Assembly (NCBI GenBank): GCA_964604685.1
Contig: CAZRZS010000002.1
Span: 5,051-37,791, forward strand
Direction of reading: 5' to 3'
Source of the DNA: an uncultured Gammaproteobacteria bacterium
GTDB lineage: Bacteria; Patescibacteriota; Patescibacteriia; Magasanikbacterales; UBA922
DNA: 32,741 nt
Shown: positions 1 to 7,632 of the stretch, one piece after another
Layout: each line of letters starts with the position of its first letter
How positions within the stretch are numbered: position 1 is the first letter of the stretch
The notes under the pieces: model-generated
The model's database searches: none
The model's input: the letters and a program-made list of their open reading frames with translations, nothing else
What the model was told of the DNA's origin: nothing
Program-made: the position numbers and the translations under genes

Positions 1-25
1 TAATAAATAAATGTATCCTTTCATG

Positions 26-99
26 TGCGCGCGCCTGGAATCGAACCAGGGACCTCAACATTATCAGTGTTGCGCTCTAACCAGCTGAGCTACGCGCGC
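26..99 (-). tRNA. tRNA-Ile (anticodon GAT)
   Basis: Reverse complement reads GCGCGCG / TAGCTCAGCTGGTTAGAGC / anticodon loop CT-GAT-AA / GGTTCGATTCC T-loop / CGCGCGC + A. The 7-bp acceptor stem is perfect. No CCA is encoded. Confidence 0.93.
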
Positions 100-153
100 T
101 CGTAAAATAACGTAAGCATTATATAGTAAACTCAGATAAATTTCAAGTTTCTG

Positions 154-227
<74 letters not shown>

Positions 228-239
228 CTTGTGGCAGAT

Positions 240-268
240 ATATTATACCATAAAAACAGATTTGTCAA
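240..268 (-). promoter_or_regulatory. Promoter for the tRNA-Val/tRNA-Ile unit (TTGACA ... TGGTATAAT extended -10)
   Basis: Minus strand reads TTGACA (268->263), then aatctgtttttatgg, then TATAAT (247->242) with TG at the extended -10 position. The spacer is 15 nt, or 17 nt if TAATAT is used as the -10. It lies about 15 nt upstream of the tRNA-Val 5' end. Confidence 0.6.
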
Positions 269-270
269 TA

Positions 271-449
271 TAAAAAATCCCGATGAATCGGGATAATTTA
301 TGATCCTTTAGCACTGGACAAAACTTGTTCATACCCCTGAAAATCAGGTGGGTGACCGCAACTACAGTCCACGAACTATAGCAATCTAAGTCTCCCTAAA
401 ACGAACTAATGACGGATATAATCTGTCCTGTCCGGCTATCAGGATCATC
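271..449 (-). ncRNA. Unclassified structured small RNA of about 180 nt (rod-like fold; 6S-like is only a guess)
   Basis: The 330-bp gap has no ORF of 60 aa or more. A consensus promoter lies immediately upstream and an intrinsic terminator (stem 277-283/288-294 followed by a U-run) forms the 3' end. The 5' segment AUGAUCCU..UAGC.GGACA pairs with the 3' segment UGUCC..GCUA.AGGAUCAU. Internal helices include CCUGA/UCAGG, CUAUAG/CUGUAG and GUUCGU/AUGAAC; two of these use G-U pairs that only work on the minus strand. Confidence 0.6.
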
Positions 450-452
450 TCT

Positions 453-481
453 ATTATATAATTTTAAAAAACATCTGTCAA
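453..481 (-). promoter_or_regulatory. Consensus sigma-70-type promoter driving the sRNA
   Basis: Minus strand has TTGACA (481->476), an exact 17-nt spacer and TATAAT (458->453). Both hexamers match consensus perfectly. Confidence 0.75.
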
Positions 482-483
482 GA

Positions 484-520
484 CCCCATTTGCTTACTTT
501 AGTAAAATAAGCAAATGGGG
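484..520 (-). terminator. 13-bp perfect hairpin downstream of the 130-aa ORF
   Basis: ccccatttgctta (484-496) pairs with taagcaaatgggg (508-520) around an 11-nt loop. There is no strong U-tract on the minus strand, so it could be a terminator or a stabiliser. Confidence 0.5.
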
Positions 521-557
521 GTAGGTAACATATTCACCTCCTTTTCCCCCTTATTAT

Positions 558-950
558 TCAATCGCTTTTGATCAAAGGTAGATGGACTGTTATAGACTGC
601 CTTCTTGCTGGCAATCCTTTCTTGCGTAGAACGTTGGCCATTTTTTTACCGCTAGGACTCTGGATTATGACCTTAATGCCCGGACCATGCTCGTTGGTCC
701 CTTTAACCAACTTACAATCAACAAAATCAGAAACCTCTAACCCTTGGCAATATTCAAACAGATATCTCATCATCTTTGCCCCTTCCTCTATAGGGACATC
801 ACCTGCAATACTTGAAAGCATACAGACAGTATTTCCCAACTTTCCCTGCAACCGGCTAAAATCACTAGGAAAACTACTCCGTCTGTAATTTTTCAATAAA
901 TCATTTAAAGACAATCTCAACTTCCACAACTTTCTTACATTTTTTGGCAT
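558..950 (-). CDS. Hypothetical basic protein, 130 aa, no family recognised
   Basis: Longest ORF in the interval. A purine-rich GAAGGGGTGG lies 3 nt before the ATG. Hairpins bracket it on both sides. I recognise no catalytic or domain motif. Confidence 0.6.
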   Translation of the reverse strand: MPKNVRKLWKLRLSLNDLLKNYRRSSFPSDFSRLQGKLGNTVCMLSSIAGDVPIEEGAKMMRYLFEYCQGLEVSDFVDCKLVKGTNEHGPGIKVIIQSPSGKKMANVLRKKGLPARRQSITVHLPLIKSD

Positions 951-998
951 TGACCACCCCTTCTTGTTTTAGAACCCCACCCCTCACTCTCAACTTAT

Positions 999-1053
999 AA
1001 AATCAGAGTGAAAACAATTGTGTCAAACACACAGCTCTTTTCACTCTGATTTT
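999..1053 (-). terminator. 16-bp perfect stem with A/T runs on both sides; likely ndk terminator
   Basis: aaaatcagagtgaaaa (999-1014) pairs with ttttcactctgatttt (1038-1053). The 23-nt loop contains a small inner hairpin (gtgt/acac). On the minus strand it is followed by TTTTAT. Confidence 0.7.
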
Positions 1054-1176
1054 AATTAAAATTAAAAGTCAGAAGTTAAAAACATGTTACCTGATTTATT
1101 ACTTATACCATAAACATGATAAAAGTAAAATTTAAAAAAACACAGATAATTATTCCTATTATATTCAAATAATTTA

Positions 1177-1758
1177 TTATTCGCCAAACCTCTTATACTC
1201 ATGAATCACATATTCTCTTCCGCCGAACCAGTGCTCAATCTCGTGCTTGGCTTCTTCAGCAGTTTCCGAGGCGTGAACAATGTTCATCACGGCTCGCTTT
1301 TCAGCGTTAGCAATGGCCGGAGAGTCATTGGAATAATCCCCGCGGATGGTGCCCATGTCCGCCAAATAAGGCAAAGTATTACCACAAATTTTACGCACCA
1401 TGTCAACCGCATGCACGCCTTCCACAACCAGCCGGATTAACGGAGCCGAGATCATATAATCAACCAGCCAGCCACGCACCATTTTGCCGATTTCCAAATC
1501 ACTGTCCGTGCCTAACTCTTTTTTCGCCTCAACGTCATATTTTTCATAAGTGGTAAGCGTCTTCTGGCCTAGACGGCGAATCCAGGTCTCATCTTTGGGA
1601 TAATGGTTGTCAATCTGCTCATGGTTGGGTTGGAACATTTCCAAAGCCACGACTTTCAAATCACGCTGTTCAAAACGACTAATTACTTCTCCAATTAATC
1701 CCTTCTTAACTCCGTCGGGCTTTATCATTACAAAGGTCTTTTCTTGTTTAAAATCCAT
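1177..1758 (-). CDS. ndk: Nucleoside diphosphate kinase, long form (193 aa)
   Basis: Has TFVMIKPDGV, GTIRGD and NIVHAS (catalytic His) motifs. An insertion of about 40 aa lies between the HY..K.. region and the LIRLVVEG strand, relative to canonical NDKs of about 140-150 aa. Confidence 0.92.
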   Translation of the reverse strand: MDFKQEKTFVMIKPDGVKKGLIGEVISRFEQRDLKVVALEMFQPNHEQIDNHYPKDETWIRRLGQKTLTTYEKYDVEAKKELGTDSDLEIGKMVRGWLVDYMISAPLIRLVVEGVHAVDMVRKICGNTLPYLADMGTIRGDYSNDSPAIANAEKRAVMNIVHASETAEEAKHEIEHWFGGREYVIHEYKRFGE

Positions 1759-1802
1759 ATATTTAAATATTATTTAAAAGTGGCCTCATTATATATTAAA
1801 AA

Positions 1803-4076
1803 TCAAAGTTTGTCAATCTCTTTTAAAAAACTCGTCCCCTCTTCTCTGACATATTCAACATCATCTTCATCATCCGACGGATCAGAAAATACTGTACCTC
1901 CGCCTATAGTATTCAAATCAATTAATTTTTTATCAATCTCATCCAAAAACATAGACGGACCTTGTAAATATCCGCCAAAACCGCCCATGAGTGGATAGGT
2001 AAGATGTAAATATTTTTTAGCCCGGGTGACTGCCACATAAAACAAACGGCGTTCTTCTTCTATTTCATGGCTACTCCTCACCCGTTCAATGGGAAATTGA
2101 CCTTGGGCCAAGTTTATGACAAAGACGGCGTCCCATTCCAAACCCTTGGCTTGATGGATAGTAGATAAAATCAACATTTCCTCTTTATTATATTCATTAT
2201 CTTGAACTTTTTTAGCATTGTAACTCTCGTGCAAACTAGCTTCAGCTAAAAACTGATTTAAATCCGGCTGGCGTTCGGCATACAAAGCCAATTGCTCTAA
2301 ATCTTGCAAACGTTCTCGATAATCTGGATATTCGTTTTCCAAATATTCTACGTATTTTGAATCCAAAATCTCCGCAATTAAATCACTCGGCTTCCCTCTC
2401 CTATGAGTGGAGGGCAGCCTGCCTGCCGGCAAGGCAGGGGTGTGGTCTGTCCGTTCCAAAACCCCCTCCTCACCTCCCCCTTGTAGGGGGAGGGAAATTA
2501 ATTTTTCATAAATCTGCAAAAAATCATTCCAACCCATTTGACCGCGAGCTGATAAATGCGAACCTAAATTAGCGAGGTCTTCAATATTGTCCAAATCTCT
2601 AACTTCCATGATAATCCTTTCAGCACTGACTGGGCCAATCCCCACTTGCATATTCAGCACCCGGCTCCAAGCCATTGCGTCAGCCAAATTATTTACAATT
2701 TTTAAATATGACAAAACATCTTTGATATGAGCACGTTCAAAAAAACGCAAACCACCGCGATAGTCATAGGGAATATCCCGCTTAGTCAATTCCATTTCTA
2801 AAGCTTGAGAGTGATAAGCGGCGCGAAAAAGCACAGACATCTTATTCATAGCCACACCTTCATCACGCAGTTCTAAAACACGGTCGGTTATAAACTGGGC
2901 TTCTTCCAAATTATCAGCAAAGGGATGGACTTCAGGTTTAATAAACTTTTCTTGCAAAGAAGAAAGATTTTTTTTGTACTGATTTAAATTATTAGCAATA
3001 ATATTATTGGCCAAATTTAAAATATCTGGAGTGGAGCGATAATTTGTTTCCAATTTAAAAATTTTAGCATTTTTATATTTTTTTTCAAAAGCTAAAATAT
3101 TTTGGATATCTGCCGCACGAAATGAATAGATGCTTTGGGCATCATCCCCGACTACTAACAAGTTTTGATGTTTTGAAGCTAATAAATCTATAATTGAAGC
3201 TTGAATTTTGTTAGTATCTTGATATTCGTCAACAAGAATATACTTAAATTGCTGGCTAAATTTATCTTTAATTTTAGGTGACTTAACTAAAAGTAAGTAG
3301 AGATTGACTAGCAAATCATCAAAATCCATGACATTGGCCTCAAGTTTTCTTTTTTGATAATCCTCGGCAATGCGTTTGATAACATCACCAATGGCTAGAA
3401 AATTGGGGTGCAGTAAATCCAAAGTATCTTCAATAGTAGTTTCAGCATTGCGCGCATAGGAGATGATTGCTTGCAAGACTTTGGGTGAAGGAAAACGTTT
3501 CTCTTTCCGATCAATCCCCTCCTGTTTTAAACAGAGCTTAAGTAAATCCAAACTGTCTTGGCTGTCTAAAATTGTAAATCCAGCACCAGAACTCGCTCCA
3601 CTCGTTTGGTGCTGGGCTGAATTATTTTTATAACCCAATAGATAGGCATACTGACAAAGAATTTTGTAGGCAATATGATGAAAAGTACCCGACCAAGGCA
3701 ATATTATCCCCCTCTTACCAATCACCGCCACAGCGGGACCCCGCCTCAAGGCGGTGGGAAGGGGCTCGGGGGGAGTTGCCGAGGTTCCATTTTCCCCCCC
3801 TTTAATAAAGGGAGGGTAGCCTGCCTGTCGGCAGACAGGGGGGAATTTTGGCAACAGTTTTTCTACTCTCTCAATCATTTCTTTGGCCGCTTTATTGGTA
3901 AATGTCACCAATAAAATATTTTCTGGACAGACACCTTGCTCTAATAAATAGGCCACGCGATAAGTAATGGTGCGCGTTTTGCCGCTCCCGGCTCCGGCCA
4001 AGACTAAACACGGGCCGTTTCCTTCAAAAACGACCCGCTGCTGTTCCAAATTTAAATCTTTTTGAAAATCAACCAT
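1803..4076 (-). CDS. uvrD: UvrD/PcrA-type superfamily 1 DNA helicase carrying three in-frame repeat insertions
   Basis: Walker A AGAGSGKT, TFTNKAAKEM, GTFHH, VDEYQDTN, VGDDAQSIYSFRAAD, ETNYRS and VAVTRAKK motifs appear in canonical order. GC-rich segments at about 3697-3850, 3580-3615 and 2391-2497 interrupt it without breaking the frame. Confidence 0.93.
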   Translation of the reverse strand: MVDFQKDLNLEQQRVVFEGNGPCLVLAGAGSGKTRTITYRVAYLLEQGVCPENILLVTFTNKAAKEMIERVEKLLPKFPPVCRQAGYPPFIKGGENGTSATPPEPLPTALRRGPAVAVIGKRGIILPWSGTFHHIAYKILCQYAYLLGYKNNSAQHQTSGASSGAGFTILDSQDSLDLLKLCLKQEGIDRKEKRFPSPKVLQAIISYARNAETTIEDTLDLLHPNFLAIGDVIKRIAEDYQKRKLEANVMDFDDLLVNLYLLLVKSPKIKDKFSQQFKYILVDEYQDTNKIQASIIDLLASKHQNLLVVGDDAQSIYSFRAADIQNILAFEKKYKNAKIFKLETNYRSTPDILNLANNIIANNLNQYKKNLSSLQEKFIKPEVHPFADNLEEAQFITDRVLELRDEGVAMNKMSVLFRAAYHSQALEMELTKRDIPYDYRGGLRFFERAHIKDVLSYLKIVNNLADAMAWSRVLNMQVGIGPVSAERIIMEVRDLDNIEDLANLGSHLSARGQMGWNDFLQIYEKLISLPLQGGGEEGVLERTDHTPALPAGRLPSTHRRGKPSDLIAEILDSKYVEYLENEYPDYRERLQDLEQLALYAERQPDLNQFLAEASLHESYNAKKVQDNEYNKEEMLILSTIHQAKGLEWDAVFVINLAQGQFPIERVRSSHEIEEERRLFYVAVTRAKKYLHLTYPLMGGFGGYLQGPSMFLDEIDKKLIDLNTIGGGTVFSDPSDDEDDVEYVREEGTSFLKEIDKL
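2409..2442 (-). repeat. Hairpin module B, copy in uvrD (site 2)
   Basis: Exact reverse complement of the 34-nt tgt copy. Confidence 0.9.
2456..2496 (-). repeat. Hairpin module C, uvrD copy (site 2)
   Basis: Reverse complement ttccctccccctacaagggggaggtgaggagggggttttgg aligns with tgt module C apart from a few substitutions. Confidence 0.85.
3580..3615 (-). repeat. Isolated 8-bp-stem hairpin inside uvrD
   Basis: ccagcacc (3580-3587) pairs with ggtgctgg (3608-3615). It encodes the extra residues QHQTSGASSGAG just before the FTILD motif. Confidence 0.55.
3727..3817 (-). repeat. GC-rich hairpin cluster in uvrD insertion site 1
   Basis: ccgcc-tcaa-ggcgg (3751-3764), ctcgg-N9-ccgag (3774-3792) and ccccccc-tttaataaa-gggaggg (3794-3817). 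It lies adjacent to the module B variant. Confidence 0.7.
3811..3843 (-). repeat. Hairpin module B variant, copy in uvrD (site 1)
   Basis: ggagggtagcctgcctgtcggcagacagggggg compared with ggagggcagcctgcctgccggcaaggcaggggtg. It is one nt shorter, so it is read in a different frame. Confidence 0.8.
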
Positions 4077-4103
4077 AGTCGCCTTATTTTACCATTAAAC
4101 TTC

Positions 4104-4970
4104 CTAATCCTCAACAACCAACACTACCCGCCTGCCCTCTTTCACGTTCCCATCGTTCCAATCATGAATGGCAAATAATAAATCCTGATAATAATAGGCA
4201 AAATTTTCTCCCCATTGGGTGCCAGGGTCATTGGTTATAAATTTCTCATCAGTATAACCGCGGATGATTAAAGCATGATATTCTGGCCCATCACCGCGAA
4301 AATACGGATTAGGCAAATCCTTGCCATGGGCTAAAACCAAGACTGGCTTGCCTGCAGTAATAAATTTTTTAATATCATCTATAATAGGATTTTCAATAAT
4401 TTTTAACCCCACCCTACCCTCCCCGGAACTTGTCCCGAGTTTCATCTCGGGAAGGGGAGGGGAAGGGAGGGGTTGCGCCAATTTTAGATACTCCTCCGCC
4501 ATTTGTTTCACTTTCTCCATCTCAATACTATTCCCCCACCCCTGCGCTTCTTCCCACTCCACCATTTTCAAAATTTCGTCACGAGAAAATAATGGACTTA
4601 GATTATAGTTTTTATAATAAGCGTCAAGCATTAAAACGGCCGCTTCTTCACAGGCATCTTGCCAGGGCTGTTCCCAATTTTTTTCCGGGGCTTGGGAGGT
4701 GAAGGGAACGGCGAGATTCACTGTGTCATTCCGAGCGAAATCCGAATGAAATGAGGATGTAGTCGAGGAATCCCTTTCAACCACTACACTAGTTTCTAAA
4801 TTTCCTAGTTTCTTAGTTTCTATATTATTTTCGTAGTTCGTAATCTCGCTTGTCCCGAGCGAAGTCGAGGAATCTTTCGTAGTTCGCACATAAATAAAAA
4901 TTGTCCCAAGCAAAAACAACCCGCTTAAAATAAGACAGGAGTAATTAAATATCTTGTATTCTTTCTTCAT
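4104..4970 (-). CDS. Membrane-anchored C39-like (YvpB/Peptidase_C39_2-type) cysteine peptidase
   Basis: N-terminal TM segment (CLILSGLFLLGTIFIYV). FTSQAPEKNWEQPWQDACEEAAVLMLDAY contains the Cys motif and HALIIRGY is the candidate His. It carries repeat modules in-frame. Confidence 0.75.
   Translation of the reverse strand: MKKEYKIFNYSCLILSGLFLLGTIFIYVRTTKDSSTSLGTSEITNYENNIETKKLGNLETSVVVERDSSTTSSFHSDFARNDTVNLAVPFTSQAPEKNWEQPWQDACEEAAVLMLDAYYKNYNLSPLFSRDEILKMVEWEEAQGWGNSIEMEKVKQMAEEYLKLAQPLPSPPLPEMKLGTSSGEGRVGLKIIENPIIDDIKKFITAGKPVLVLAHGKDLPNPYFRGDGPEYHALIIRGYTDEKFITNDPGTQWGENFAYYYQDLLFAIHDWNDGNVKEGRRVVLVVED
4417..4461 (+). repeat. Hairpin module A, copy in the peptidase gene (antisense to the gene)
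   Basis: Identical 45-nt string to 5384-5428. The minus-strand gene translates it as [15 protein letters not shown]. Confidence 0.9.
4725..4773 (-). repeat. Module E copy 1 (gtcattccgagcgaa...gtcgaggaatcc) in the peptidase gene
   Basis: Shares gtc..ccgagcgaa and gtcgaggaatc with copy 2 and has about 21 extra internal nt. It is translated as DSSTTSSFHSDFARND. Confidence 0.7.
4852..4874 (-). repeat. Module E copy 2 in the peptidase gene
   Basis: gtcccgagcgaagtcgaggaatc. It is flanked by the 12-nt direct repeat tttcgtagttcg (4829-4840 and 4875-4886). Confidence 0.7.
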
Positions 4971-4989
4971 ATCACCAGTGTATCAAGAA

Positions 4990-5018
4990 TTGATTTTTTT
5001 CGCAAAATACTCTAAACT
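4990..5018 (+). promoter_or_regulatory. Candidate tgt promoter (TTGATT-17-TAAACT) only 8 nt before the ATG
   Basis: TTGATT at 4990-4995, a 17-nt spacer and TAAACT at 5013-5018, with the ATG at 5027. No SD sequence is present. This implies a leaderless or nearly leaderless mRNA. Confidence 0.45.
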
Positions 5019-5020
5019 GA

Positions 5021-7094
<2,074 letters not shown>

Positions 7095-7104
<10 letters not shown>

Positions 7105-7122
7105 GCCGAAGCTCAGTTTTTT
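7095..7122. terminator. Bidirectional intrinsic terminator between convergent genes
   Basis: aaaaaa-CTGAGC-cgaa-GCTCAG-tttttt. The yhhQ stop codon lies in the 5' arm, and the minus-strand 71-aa ORF stop lies at the end of the T-run. Confidence 0.85.
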
Positions 7123-7336
7123 AATTCATTCCACCAAATTCTTTACCACCCGTCATCTGCCTCCATAATCTTTCTGCTTCTTCTCTATTTTTTGGGTTAG
7201 ACCTCTTTGATTGTTTTTCTCTTTTTTTAGCTTCAACTTCAAAACCTGAAGGATCAACTGATCTTAAACTACCTTTAGCACCTTCAGGTACCCCTCTTCT
7301 AACTGCCCCCTTATTATGCCAACCAATTACTGACAT
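7121..7336 (-). CDS. Small basic hypothetical protein (71 aa)
   Basis: ORF is bounded by terminators on both sides. It is Lys/Arg/Glu-rich and I recognise no family. Confidence 0.5.
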   Translation of the reverse strand: MSVIGWHNKGAVRRGVPEGAKGSLRSVDPSGFEVEAKKREKQSKRSNPKNREEAERLWRQMTGGKEFGGMN

Positions 7337-7380
7337 ATATTTATGGTTAATAATAAGTAATAAAAGTATAACATATTATT

Positions 7381-7409
7381 AAAAAAACCTCCAATAAGAA
7401 GGTTTTTTC
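7381..7409 (-). terminator. Intrinsic terminator closing the femAB-to-queA operon
   Basis: Minus strand reads aaaaaACCTTCttattGGAGGTttttttt. The stem contains a U-G pair that would be an A-C mismatch on the plus strand, which supports minus-strand function. Confidence 0.75.
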
Positions 7410-7418
7410 AATATCTGT

Positions 7419-7577
7419 TTAGGCTTCAGCTTCCTCATTAGTAGTTTCATCATCACTGCCAGCTGTTTCAGCAGGAGCTTCTTCACCACTTTCAGCTTCT
7501 GTTTCAGGAGCTGTAGTAGTAGCCTCTTCTTCGGTACCCTCATCAGTAACAGGGCCCATTGTTGTATCCTCATCCAT
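7419..7577 (-). CDS. Possible 52-aa highly acidic peptide (MDEDTTMGPVTDEGTEEEATTTAPETEAESGEEAPAETAGSDDETTNEEAEA)
   Basis: Hand translation of the minus strand; it falls below the ORF-track size cutoff. Its TAA stop lies 10 nt before the terminator hairpin, whereas the competing 64-aa frame reads through that hairpin. No SD sequence is present. Confidence 0.35.
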   Translation of the reverse strand: MDEDTTMGPVTDEGTEEEATTTAPETEAESGEEAPAETAGSDDETTNEEAEA

Positions 7578-7632
7578 AGAAAAGAAGATTAAGAATTAAC
7601 GGTCTATAGTTTATCACAGATTACTATTCTTG

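Noticed and set aside
271-449. Identity of the sRNA as SRP RNA, tmRNA or RNase P RNA
   Set aside because: There is no GGAA tetraloop or AGCA domain IV motif, no tRNA-like acceptor/T-arm or tag ORF, and no GAGGAAAGUCC-type P4 sequences. It is also far too short for RNase P or tmRNA.
533-545. Plus-strand tcacctccttt resembling the 3' end of 16S rRNA
   Set aside because: It is only an 11-nt match with no flanking rRNA sequence. It is better read as the complement of a minus-strand Shine-Dalgarno sequence.
7379-7573. 64-aa Lys/Leu-rich ORF from the track
   Set aside because: It is low-complexity and its 3' end runs through the terminator hairpin at 7381-7409. The alternative acidic frame fits the terminator better, and neither has strong support.
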